Source of the DNA: a virus
Lineage: Duplodnaviria; Caudoviricetes
Strand: one strand, 5' to 3'
Virus record (IMG/VR): IMGVR_UViG_3300042922_001044
Location: 1 to 45,367 of that record
Length of the DNA: 45,367 nucleotides
Made by a program: the position numbers and the translations under genes
Notes under the pieces: generated by a model
Database searches by the model: none
Seen by the model: the letters and a program-made list of their open reading frames with translations, nothing else
What the model was told of the DNA's origin: nothing
Shown here: positions 6,655 to 14,632 of the stretch, in pieces
How positions within the stretch are numbered: position 1 is the stretch's first letter
Layout of the letters: every line of letters begins with the position of its first letter

Positions 6655-8973
6655 TTATACAGGCTTTGGTAATTTACTTATGAATTTTGCATATCCCTTT
6701 TGATACTTAATAAGGTTAAGAGAAGTAAACCTTTTGAGATTCAGTAAATCTTCAACCTCATATGGTTTCAATTCATCTTCAAGTTCTTTATATATTGCCT
6801 TATCTGCTCCATGAAGTAGCATATATGAACTATTCCCACTTTTGAGTTCTTCCTTCAGTGTACCAATCTGATTTAAGTAATGGCAGCTGAATACATACTT
6901 ATTTCCAAACTTGCGCACCTGGTTAATTGTTTCCTTAATGAGCCTTGCTGCAGTCGGAGCTTGATATAGTTCATCAATAATCTCATGGCAGCGTGTGGGT
7001 TGATTATGCATAGATCCTCTTATCTTGGTGGCTAAAATAATCTTACTGCAGAAGTAAGTAACTAACACGTTTTTTACCATCTTACTGCCAAAAGTATCTT
7101 CGGGCATCTTTATAAGTATAACCTTTCCTTGCTCCATGCCTCTAACAAAGTCAATATTACTACCACAGCTCTTGCTGTACATGTACTTTAAATATATATT
7201 TTCCCTTATAAGATTAATACGGTCCAATATCCCATCAATCTTACTATCTCTCGTTCCGGTTAATTCTGATAAAACTTCCTTTGTATTAGGATCCTTTTCC
7301 AAGGTATATTCATTAAGCTCTTCTAGCGCTCCTATTTCTTCATCCAGCAGGCTCCTCATTGACTCTGGTATTGCTTTAATATACTCTTGCCTCCTTCTAT
7401 AGTCCTGCAGGCACATTATTGCAGATTTTATATTAATGTCAAATAGAAATGCCACATTGCATGCAGCAGATAAATATCTGCGCATTTTTGAAGTGAGTGG
7501 AAGTCCTTCATTATTGATACTATCAACTAAAGCTAGCGTCTGCTCAGCCATGAGGTTTGCGGCTTTAAGTCTTTCAAAATCACTTTTATTGGTGTGTTTT
7601 ATCTCATTATAGCCGAGGCCTTGAAGTTGTTCTTCGTTGGAGCAATCTATAATAATGAGATCTTCCTTTGAAACTACCTTCTCAATATCATCTGACAGTT
7701 CGCAATTTTTTATAAAATCAATAACTATTACAGCCTCTTTGCGCATCCTAGCATACTTTACATAGTTGGCAATGTAAGTAGTCTTCCCACACCCAGGTGG
7801 GCCCACAATCGTCAACGGTAGATTCCCAAGGTTGTATTCGTCCGGCAGGTAAGAAGGGTATTCTTTGCCCTTAAATGTGGCATCTCCAAGGTATATATAC
7901 CCTTTACTTATTTCCTCAGGGATTGGAGATTCAAGCACATCTACTTTTTCAATATTAGAGTGCTGTTGTAATAATGTCCTGCCCGGTATTTGAATTAAGT
8001 TAGAAGCTTCTTCTGTGCTAATAATGTTAGTGGATACACCTTTGATTTTGAAGTCTTCTATATTATATACACACTTAACCGCCCTGTAAGAAAGGCTATT
8101 ATCCTCTGACAAAGTTTTATAACTTTCACATACAGCTATAGCATTATTCTTAGCTCTTATTTCACTTTGGCTCTCGCTGATCACCAACATCTGCGAATCT
8201 AAAATATTTCTATCTGACTTTCTCAATGTTGTAGCAGAAAGCATTTTAAACAGCTGCATACCTGGACCTTCATCCTTACGACCTTCAGTTATATTTTTGC
8301 CATCTCCTATGAAATTGGCCATTTCTTCAAAAGTCATAATGAATATCTTCATAATTTCATCTATTAGATACATCATCATATAGCCAAAATTAAGCTTTTG
8401 CTTATCAATAGGACTATTCTTTTTTATCTTCTCCATGGTGTCACGGTGTTTATTGTACCAGGAGGATTGATTAGTCGGCATAAAGTTATATAAAACCCCT
8501 ACCCGGTCATCCTGCTCCATAATATCAATTATATTAAGTATGCTATTTAGCGGCTCATTGCTCTTTTTATCTACCTTAAGACTCAGGGCATCCTCTTTAC
8601 GATATACCAATTCATGCTTCACAGCTTTGCTAGAGAACATTGGAACCAATGCAACTCTCTGTATTGTAGCTTTTGGCCAAGTATTACTGCACTTTTCTAA
8701 TATCAACTTTTCAAACTCTTCCGGAGTTATTATATAAAAACATACATCTTTTAAGCTTATATCAATAAAGAACGCTGTTTTATTTGGCAGCCGGTAAGTC
8801 AGCTGATGGCTTTTAAACTTTAGTCTATCAATAGGTTGGTCATACATATTACAGATAACCCTTGCAATATTTTCGCTATCATAGTTTCTTATGGAGGTAT
8901 CAGGGATTATCTTTAGTATGCTGTACTTTGGATTATAGATTTTGAAGAATTCGCTTGCCTTCATCCATTTCAT
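6655..8973 (-). CDS. VirD4/TrwB-HerA-FtsK superfamily P-loop ATPase (772 aa)
   Basis: Walker A GPPGCGKTT, VIVIDF strand, Walker B EIIDELYQ, and QVRKFG...SCHYLNQI (equivalent to the xRKyG...xQ motif of coupling proteins and HerA). Confidence 0.8.
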   Translation of the reverse strand: MKWMKASEFFKIYNPKYSILKIIPDTSIRNYDSENIARVICNMYDQPIDRLKFKSHQLTYRLPNKTAFFIDISLKDVCFYIITPEEFEKLILEKCSNTWPKATIQRVALVPMFSSKAVKHELVYRKEDALSLKVDKKSNEPLNSILNIIDIMEQDDRVGVLYNFMPTNQSSWYNKHRDTMEKIKKNSPIDKQKLNFGYMMMYLIDEIMKIFIMTFEEMANFIGDGKNITEGRKDEGPGMQLFKMLSATTLRKSDRNILDSQMLVISESQSEIRAKNNAIAVCESYKTLSEDNSLSYRAVKCVYNIEDFKIKGVSTNIISTEEASNLIQIPGRTLLQQHSNIEKVDVLESPIPEEISKGYIYLGDATFKGKEYPSYLPDEYNLGNLPLTIVGPPGCGKTTYIANYVKYARMRKEAVIVIDFIKNCELSDDIEKVVSKEDLIIIDCSNEEQLQGLGYNEIKHTNKSDFERLKAANLMAEQTLALVDSINNEGLPLTSKMRRYLSAACNVAFLFDINIKSAIMCLQDYRRRQEYIKAIPESMRSLLDEEIGALEELNEYTLEKDPNTKEVLSELTGTRDSKIDGILDRINLIRENIYLKYMYSKSCGSNIDFVRGMEQGKVILIKMPEDTFGSKMVKNVLVTYFCSKIILATKIRGSMHNQPTRCHEIIDELYQAPTAARLIKETINQVRKFGNKYVFSCHYLNQIGTLKEELKSGNSSYMLLHGADKAIYKELEDELKPYEVEDLLNLKRFTSLNLIKYQKGYAKFISKLPKPV

Positions 8974-8974
8974 A

Positions 8975-9247
8975 CTACATCACCTTATTGAATATCATGA
9001 TTGTCAGATACACGAAGAACGCCATCTGAGCATATAACCTAGCCTTTTTTACCCCTAAAAGGTAAACAACCAAGCTGATACAGAATATCGATAAGCAAAC
9101 ATAGAAACTAAGATTAACTGCAGTATCCCATAACCAGAGCAACAGCTCCTTTGGATGAGTAATATAATGAAAGAATGTCTTAATAATTGTGAAGTACTCC
9201 TGTGTAGATTCATTGAACCTTTTTAGATTATCTAACATATCCCACAT
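8975..9247 (-). CDS. Small integral membrane protein (two C-terminal TM helices)
   Basis: Hydrophobic helices; ends 1 nt before the ATPase start. Confidence 0.75.
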   Translation of the reverse strand: MWDMLDNLKRFNESTQEYFTIIKTFFHYITHPKELLLWLWDTAVNLSFYVCLSIFCISLVVYLLGVKKARLYAQMAFFVYLTIMIFNKVM

Positions 9248-9255
9248 ACCTACAC

Positions 9256-9537
9256 CTACTTCCCAAAAGTTTTATCAATCATTACGAATACATTTGGCAC
9301 CACGTAACTAGCAATATAGGTGAGCACACAGGTTATTACAAGTTTCTTACCCTTATCATCATGTTTAAGCATTTGTAAATATAGGCCATAGATACTGGAG
9401 AATATCCCTACCCAAAATAAACCTTTTCTAAAAGCTGTGAGAAGCTTCCAGAAGTCATCATCTTCACTGGCAGCACTTACAGTTGTGGTTAATATTAATA
9501 TAGCAATTAGTAAGAATACTAATAGTTTTTTATACAT
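9256..9537 (-). CDS. Pilin-like (TrbC/VirB2-like) membrane protein
   Basis: Signal peptide ending VSA, then two hydrophobic helices separated by a charged loop (KHDDKGKK); RBS AAGGAGG. Confidence 0.55.
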   Translation of the reverse strand: MYKKLLVFLLIAILILTTTVSAASEDDDFWKLLTAFRKGLFWVGIFSSIYGLYLQMLKHDDKGKKLVITCVLTYIASYVVPNVFVMIDKTFGK

Positions 9538-9563
9538 AAAAACCCTCCTTTTTGTAAATAATA
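9534..9563 (+). promoter_or_regulatory. Sigma-F/G-like promoter overlapping the RBS of the pilin-like gene
   Basis: ACATA, 15 nt, GTAAATAATA vs sigma-F GYATA-N15-GGnnAnAHTR; also fits sigma-G spacing. Confidence 0.4.
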
Positions 9564-9579
9564 TAAACGAGGTGATATT

Positions 9580-9657
9580 ATGGGATTTGTAATATTTGGC
9601 GGTTGCTGTTTAGCAGCTTCAGGCGTGCTTTATCTTTTAGAAATGACTTATCGTTAG
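9580..9657 (+). CDS. 25-aa hydrophobic peptide, missed by the ORF track
   Basis: RBS GAGGTG; MGFVIFGGCCLAASGVLYLLEMTYR. Confidence 0.55.
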   Translation: MGFVIFGGCCLAASGVLYLLEMTYR

Positions 9658-9675
9658 ATTATTTCATGTGTACTG

Positions 9676-9704
9676 GCATAATTTGAAAATTTCAATCATA
9701 CGCT
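9676..9704 (+). promoter_or_regulatory. Sigma-E-like promoter, antisense to parR/parM
   Basis: GCATAAT, 14 nt, CATACGCT; the spacer holds the palindrome TTGAAA-A-TTTCAA. Confidence 0.5.
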
Positions 9705-9765
9705 ATATTGCGTAGCGCAAACGGGCTTGCACGTTGGAGCTGCAGTATACGCGGCTATGGCCACA

Positions 9766-9963
9766 CTATATGCTTTCAAGAATGTCAATAATTTCCTCAC
9801 TCTTTACCTCAGTTACAGCTGGGGTAATATTTATTTTTTGGTCTTTGTGCTTAAGGTAGAACTTCAAAGCATCTTTCATAAAATTGCTTTTATCTCCCTG
9901 CTCTGCTACTACTTTGAATAGATCCTTTTCTTTTTCCTTGAAGCTGACTAATACCTTTGCCAT
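9766..9963 (-). CDS. parR: ParR-like ribbon-helix-helix adaptor
   Basis: N-terminal beta-strand VLVSF, then SNFMKDALKFYL helix and an acidic tail; overlaps the end of parM. Confidence 0.7.
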   Translation of the reverse strand: MAKVLVSFKEKEKDLFKVVAEQGDKSNFMKDALKFYLKHKDQKINITPAVTEVKSEEIIDILESI

Positions 9964-10838
9964 AAGCTCACTCCTATCTTTTTAAAACCTAGTGCATTTG
10001 CAAACTGTGCATTTGGTATTATAGAAGTTCCTGGTATGCGCTTATCAAATAAAGATTTCAGCACATAGGCACCACCGCCTATTAAGGTAACTTTAGCTGT
10101 CTTTACTGGATATTTTAGTAGCAGTTCTTTCATGATTTTATCTGTATGTTCTTCTATGATATTTTTTATAAACCCTATTTCCTGCTTCTCTCCATAAATA
10201 CTAAGTCCGTTCTTAAGGATCCTCTCGCCGTCCTCAATCTCAAATAGGGTTTCATATTTTGAATTGATAGCTGAAACTATTTTAGAGAATAAAGTGAGAG
10301 TGCCTTCATATATGGTTGAGTGTTGGGTAACTTTCCTTTTGCCGTTAAACACCTGCAGTAAGGCAATAATAACTGTACGACCTCCTATATCGATGTAAAT
10401 TCTATCCTCAGTATCATCTATGGTATCAAGTGAGTAGTGAGCTCCGAGGCACTGTGGAAATACCTCTGCTTTAGTAATACCAATTGCTCTCTTTTGTTTA
10501 TTCACCTCAAACTCAACATATCTGTTATTCAAAAGCATTTGTTTCATCTGGTCCTTTTGGGAGTTAAAAAGTCCTAAAGGTAAGCCTGCAACAACTTGAA
10601 AATCATTCTGATTACTCGATTTTGATAAAGCTTCCAATAGACATACCCTTGTAAGTTCTTTATTTATTCTGTTTAAATCAACTTCAACATTACCTTCTCC
10701 CACTATATAAGCCTTATTATCAAGAATCAACATATTGCCTTCCCCTAAAATGGTTTCATGTGTGCTAATTTTAGAAGGAAATACAATCCCCTCAGATGTC
10801 TTTGTGTAACCGTATCCTAGGTCTACTCCGATGATCAT
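9948..10838 (-). CDS. parM: ParM/StbA actin-like ATPase
   Basis: GVDLGYGYTK, AGLP, VFPQC, IDIGGRT, LIGGGA and QFANALG actin-fold motifs. Confidence 0.92.
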   Translation of the reverse strand: MIIGVDLGYGYTKTSEGIVFPSKISTHETILGEGNMLILDNKAYIVGEGNVEVDLNRINKELTRVCLLEALSKSSNQNDFQVVAGLPLGLFNSQKDQMKQMLLNNRYVEFEVNKQKRAIGITKAEVFPQCLGAHYSLDTIDDTEDRIYIDIGGRTVIIALLQVFNGKRKVTQHSTIYEGTLTLFSKIVSAINSKYETLFEIEDGERILKNGLSIYGEKQEIGFIKNIIEEHTDKIMKELLLKYPVKTAKVTLIGGGAYVLKSLFDKRIPGTSIIPNAQFANALGFKKIGVSLWQRY

Positions 10839-10857
10839 ATATACTTTTACCTCCTTT

Positions 10858-10971
10858 TATATATTTGTTTATACTCTTCATTTTGTATTAGGTGATATTT
10901 GTATATATTTATTATTAGTTTTATATATTTATGCATGTCCTTTAACAAAAAGTTAATCATCTTTAACGAAA
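10858..10971. repeat. Candidate parC-like iterons and operator upstream of parM
   Basis: ATATTT(G/A)T four times in 10858-10932; CTTTAAC(A/G)AAA at 10940 and 10961; palindrome TTAAC-AAAAA-GTTAA. Confidence 0.4.
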
Positions 10972-10980
10972 TATTCCAAT

Positions 10981-11006
10981 AAAAAAGATGGTTATTCAAC
11001 CATCTT
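10981..11006 (-). terminator. Terminator after the HTH gene
   Basis: AAGATGGTT-GAAT-AACCATCTT-TTTT. Confidence 0.7.
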
Positions 11007-11198
11007 ATAAAATATCTCTTCAAACTTCCTATTAGTTTTTTCTAATATTAGCATTATAGCATCAAGTTCAGGCTGTAGCTTATTATTCTCCCATCTATTA
11101 TAATGGCTCCTATCGACTCCTAGGAACTCGGCAAACAAAGTTTGATTCTTATATCCCATTTGAAGTCTTATATCAAGCAGCCTATTTCTAACCCCCAC
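10992..11198 (-). CDS. XRE-family HTH regulator heading the ParM/ATPase cassette
   Basis: NQTLFAEFLGVDRSHYNRWENNKLQP; GTG start, RBS GAGGTG. Confidence 0.88.
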   Translation of the reverse strand: MGVRNRLLDIRLQMGYKNQTLFAEFLGVDRSHYNRWENNKLQPELDAIMLILEKTNRKFEEIFYKMVE

Positions 11199-11242
11199 AG
11201 AATCACCTCATTACTAGGATTTTTTGAAATTTTCCTTTGCCA

Positions 11243-11926
11243 TTAAAATTTACTTATTTTGCCTTTGAATTTATCTTTAAATATTGTTTTACAGTTTGGA
11301 TATTGATTGCATGCCATGAATTCTCCGTATACTGATTCTTTTAGAACCATTTTACCTGTGCAATTAGGACATTTGCCAAACAACTCTATCCCAAACCTAT
11401 CCATAAAGTAATTTCTGTATATCTCTTCAATCCGATCTGCAATACTCTCGGCAGCTTCGTTTGAAATCAAGTCATCTTGAAGTAACATCTCAATTGCAAA
11501 GTCATAACCCAGTTTATCCTCGACTACCCAGTGCCACGTATCTCTTACAATATCATTGTCTGTTAGTGTCTTTCTTTCAAGTGCTGTATTGCTCTCAAGT
11601 ATAGCCTTACTTTCGGGTATTATTTGGCTATTGGGCTGCTCATTCACGTTATTCTCACTAACTAACGACCATTGGTATGAACCGCAATTGGGAATAATCC
11701 GTTCTTCCCTCCACCGCTTATCATAGCTAAAGTGATCATTTTTCTTTCCATTATACATCGGGTAGCCATAAACATTGCCGTAAGGATATTTAACGACTTC
11801 TACCTTCTCCACAACTACACAATATTCCGCACTCCAGTTATCTCGACTAGCCTTAAATGGGACTTTGCAATCGTTCTCTTCCCATAATTGGATTAGATTC
11901 TTGCTCACTTTCATCTTCCCTTCCAT
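11243..11926 (-). CDS. Moron protein with a C-terminal topoisomerase-type C4 zinc ribbon
   Basis: CPNCTGKMVLKESVYGEFMACNQYPNCK; true start may be 11914 or 11908. Confidence 0.7.
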   Translation of the reverse strand: MEGKMKVSKNLIQLWEENDCKVPFKASRDNWSAEYCVVVEKVEVVKYPYGNVYGYPMYNGKKNDHFSYDKRWREERIIPNCGSYQWSLVSENNVNEQPNSQIIPESKAILESNTALERKTLTDNDIVRDTWHWVVEDKLGYDFAIEMLLQDDLISNEAAESIADRIEEIYRNYFMDRFGIELFGKCPNCTGKMVLKESVYGEFMACNQYPNCKTIFKDKFKGKISKF

Positions 11927-11944
11927 TGATATTATATGATGATA

Positions 11945-11971
11945 TTTCTATACAAATTGTGGAAATCCTTT
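11945..11971 (-). promoter_or_regulatory. Sigma-H-like promoter
   Basis: AAAGGATTT, 11 nt, ATAGAAA. Confidence 0.6.
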
Positions 11972-12013
11972 ATTTCAATCCGGTTGGGGAAGAGTACTGG
12001 TATTGGCGTCTCT

Positions 12014-12295
12014 TTAACCTACTTTAAGCATATGCCATTTACACGATTGCTGATCATACTGCAGCTTAAAAGTTACTAATATATCCTCAATTATTGATTG
12101 ACAATTAAATGTATAAGCTTTATTCTGGTTACCATTCATTGTACCAAATGTATTTTTGAAATCTTGATCAATAACCTTATCGACCTTGATAACATGAACT
12201 CCTTCTTCATCTTCAAACTTTATTCTATTAGGTCTAATACCGCCTTTTGGATCAAACGTAGCTATGCACTCAACAAGATATTTTTCTCCGGCCAT
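12014..12295 (-). CDS. SOS-regulated small protein (93 aa)
   Basis: Start moved to ATG 12295 (RBS GGAGGG); VECIATFDPKGGIRPNRIKFE...KW; LexA box in its promoter. Confidence 0.7.
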   Translation of the reverse strand: MAGEKYLVECIATFDPKGGIRPNRIKFEDEEGVHVIKVDKVIDQDFKNTFGTMNGNQNKAYTFNCQSIIEDILVTFKLQYDQQSCKWHMLKVG

Positions 12296-12322
12296 GCTAT
12301 CCCTCCACACACATTTTAATAC

Positions 12323-12342
12323 ATTATACCAAACATGTGTTC
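12323..12342 (-). promoter_or_regulatory. LexA box plus extended -10
   Basis: GAACACATGTTT immediately before TGgTATAAT on the minus strand. Confidence 0.8.
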
Positions 12343-12362
12343 TATTTAAAACTGCAAAAAAT

Positions 12363-12387
12363 AAAAAAGCAGCTCTAAAGCTGCTCA
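12363..12387 (-). terminator. Terminator
   Basis: GAGCAGC-tttaga-GCTGCTT followed by a T-run. Confidence 0.7.
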
Positions 12388-12391
12388 AATA

Positions 12392-12742
12392 CTAATTTGC
12401 AAATGTTGTATTTTTTACTTTCCATTTTTCAAGTGCTATTCCTAGCCAAAAACTATATATCCCGAAAGTTATAATTGTTAACAAGAACCATTTAATCCAA
12501 TTGCCGAAAAGCCCTATAGCTGAGCCTGTAAACTTTAGCCTCTTACCGTCTATAACTGTATGATTAGTTTTCCATCCATATACCATGCAAAGAGCCCATG
12601 GATAACAAATCCCAAGTGTAAAAACTGTAACTAAATAACCTAGTATTGACCACCCAATCAATTGAAGAAGTCCTCCATCAAAATATGATCTTTCTACGGA
12701 TGCAACTGTTGCAGTCTGAACATTAATATTAACCTCTGTCAT
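12392..12742 (-). CDS. DUF898 (YjgN-like) membrane protein
   Basis: SYFDGGLLQLIGW...TLGICYPWA...DGKRLKFTG...ITFGIYSFW; start moved to 12742 (RBS GGGAGG). Confidence 0.85.
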   Translation of the reverse strand: MTEVNINVQTATVASVERSYFDGGLLQLIGWSILGYLVTVFTLGICYPWALCMVYGWKTNHTVIDGKRLKFTGSAIGLFGNWIKWFLLTIITFGIYSFWLGIALEKWKVKNTTFAN

Positions 12743-12777
12743 ACAAAATCCTCCCATGTCATGTATTTTATAGTATA

Positions 12778-12804
12778 TTTCTACAAATAATTCCAATACC
12801 CTTT
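12778..12804 (-). promoter_or_regulatory. Sigma-H-like promoter
   Basis: AAAGGGTAT, 11 nt, GTAGAAA. Confidence 0.5.
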
Positions 12805-12842
12805 AACATTCAATAAGATTTGTATAAATTCTCCAAAAAAAT

Positions 12843-12868
12843 AAAAAAGGTGCAGCCGAAGCTACACC
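12843..12868 (-). terminator. Terminator ending the late/lysis operon
   Basis: GGTGTAGC-TTCG-GCTGCACC-TTTTTT. Confidence 0.85.
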
Positions 12869-13587
12869 CCATACAGTTTATCCAATGTCTTTTGACCTAC
12901 CACACCATCATCTATAAGCCCCCTCTTGCGTTGAAAATCTCTAATTGCATCCTCTGTTTTTGCTCCAAAGTCACCATCAACAGTAAGTTTATATCCAAAC
13001 TTATTAAGAAGCTCTTGAAGAGTCTTAACATATTGATTGTTCATGCCTCGCTTAAGCACTGGGAGCTTTGGCATATCAATCTTCTGATTAACGAAGAATA
13101 TAAAGTACTGCTTACACTCTGTTTCAAAGGTTTTAATATCACCAAATGTGCGTGATTGAAGAGCACTAGCAGGATCATGAACTATTATATCGTTATCTTT
13201 AAAATCCCAAGCTAAGATATAATGACCACCTTTAGTAAACTTACCTGGTTTCATGCTGCATACCACATATGCGCCAATCTTTAAGGCTTCTATAGCATCT
13301 TTAGTGCTTCCTGATTGCTTAAAAGGAATACCATATTTAGCAGCTACCTTGCCGAAAAACTCCCACTCTGTACCACTGTTAGCAGTTCTGTCTTTTAGCT
13401 CTATTGCAAGTTTGCACATTTCAACAGGAGTAATCTTAGCATCCTTTACACTAGCAATTATCATTGCTGCAGATGTAGGTCCGCATCCAGAAGCTCCTAT
13501 TGTTTCTTTTTTGTCACCATCAATTGTATAGGGTATCTTTCCCCATTTGGGATCTGACTGCTTATAATATACAGGTCTTTTATTCAT
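12862..13587 (-). CDS. Endolysin: C39-like peptidase plus C-terminal PG_binding_1 domain
   Basis: YYKQSDPKW...SGCGPTSAAM...GHYIL...VHDP; LQELLNKFGY...VDGDFGAKTEDAIRDFQ...DGVVGQKT. Confidence 0.88.
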   Translation of the reverse strand: MNKRPVYYKQSDPKWGKIPYTIDGDKKETIGASGCGPTSAAMIIASVKDAKITPVEMCKLAIELKDRTANSGTEWEFFGKVAAKYGIPFKQSGSTKDAIEALKIGAYVVCSMKPGKFTKGGHYILAWDFKDNDIIVHDPASALQSRTFGDIKTFETECKQYFIFFVNQKIDMPKLPVLKRGMNNQYVKTLQELLNKFGYKLTVDGDFGAKTEDAIRDFQRKRGLIDDGVVGQKTLDKLYGV

Positions 13588-13622
13588 TATTACACCTCCA
13601 AAAAGAAAGAGCAGGCTTTCGC

Positions 13623-13958
13623 CTACTCCAATTTATAAGTATCATTTAATATTCCATCATCTATATAATCGCCTAATTTTGAATATAAAGATTTGACTAA
13701 TCTCCTAATTAACTTTTCACTTAAAAATATTTTTAACGATAAAGGAAGATACTGCAGAGCCAATTTAACAACATACTCTTCTTGTTGATTTCCATTCTTC
13801 AGTACCTGGTCTTTTGCATATCTCTTTGCCTGAGCAATGCCAGCATAGATGAATGTCTTTGCCCTTTCCCACTCAAACAGGCAATACAGCATACCTGCCA
13901 CCGCCAATAATATAATAAATCTCCACTCCCAAAGTATAGTTAATATTTTTTCTAACAT
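13623..13958 (-). CDS. Putative holin
   Basis: Single N-terminal TM helix; directly upstream of the endolysin. Confidence 0.65.
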   Translation of the reverse strand: MLEKILTILWEWRFIILLAVAGMLYCLFEWERAKTFIYAGIAQAKRYAKDQVLKNGNQQEEYVVKLALQYLPLSLKIFLSEKLIRRLVKSLYSKLGDYIDDGILNDTYKLE

Positions 13959-13974
13959 TCTAATGACCTCCTAT

Positions 13975-14205
13975 TTATTTTATTAATCCCTTTTGAGCAG
14001 CATAAAAAAAGAATCCTACCAAGGACCCTCCTAGCAGCCCCATAAACCACCGTATAGTGGTTACAAGACTGTTTATATCTTTGCATAGATTTTGTATCTG
14101 TACTTTGTATTCCCTGCCATCCTCTGATAATTTATCTAATTGCTTTCCATGATCCTTTAACCTTTCATCAATCACTCTGTGCCTTTCTTTACATATCTCT
14201 TCCAC
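13975..14205 (-). CDS. xhlA: XhlA-family lysis protein
   Basis: CKERHRVIDERL coiled coil and C-terminal TM helix (WFMGLLGGSLVGFFFY); GTG start at 14205 after AGGTGA. Confidence 0.8.
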   Translation of the reverse strand: MEEICKERHRVIDERLKDHGKQLDKLSEDGREYKVQIQNLCKDINSLVTTIRWFMGLLGGSLVGFFFYAAQKGLIK

Positions 14206-14242
14206 ACGCTCACCTGCTCTCATGTTATTTTGACATAATAAT

Positions 14243-14268
14243 AGAGCCTACCCTATTGGGTAAGCCCT
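14243..14268 (-). terminator. Hairpin/terminator closing the moron
   Basis: AGGGCTTACCC-AATA-GGGTAGGCTCT. Confidence 0.55.
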
Positions 14269-14341
14269 TTTGTTACTTTATGTGGTTTTGGTTCTGGCTT
14301 TATAACTTCTGGTCCCATCGGCAATTCTAAATAATTCTTTA

Positions 14342-14581
14342 TCATAGGTGATTCTCTGACTTTCTTGGTTTTATATTGTCGCCACTATATGAATCATCTT
14401 CTGTTGATATTTCAGCAAATTCTTTTCTTCCTCTTTTGCTACTTATGAATATAAAATAAATCGTAGCGGTAATCACCATTAACGTTCCTACAATGAATGT
14501 GAGCAATTCGAGTTGAAAAACACTGAATATCATAGTGGCAATAAACAAGACAATAAGTGTATATGCTATTATTTTAGTAAT
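14342..14581 (-). CDS. Small two-TM membrane moron protein
   Basis: Frame is open up to ATT 14581, just downstream of SD AAGGTG; own sigma-A promoter; start uncertain (14548 alternative). Confidence 0.55.
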   Translation of the reverse strand: MTKIIAYTLIVLFIATMIFSVFQLELLTFIVGTLMVITATIYFIFISSKRGRKEFAEISTEDDSYSGDNIKPRKSENHL

Positions 14582-14632
14582 CTTTAATCACCTTCTTTTT
14601 GAATTTTCCCAAGCTTTTACTGTTTGATTACA

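Noticed and set aside
6655-9537. Complete conjugative T4SS/ICE, or an embedded inovirus
   Set aside because: No MOB relaxase, VirB6, VirB8 or transfer hydrolase is visible; the ATPase is much larger than Zot/pI, and no separate att sites bound the cassette
10900-10960. Sigma-K/E/G promoter for parM around GGACATGCATAAATAT
   Set aside because: The -10 is only partly matched and the -35 spacing is off; too ambiguous in AT-rich DNA
14253-14345. 30-aa Pro-rich ORF (MIKNYLELPMGPEVIKPEPKPH...) overlapping the moron stop
   Set aside because: No RBS and it runs into the terminator hairpin; translational coupling is possible but unsupported
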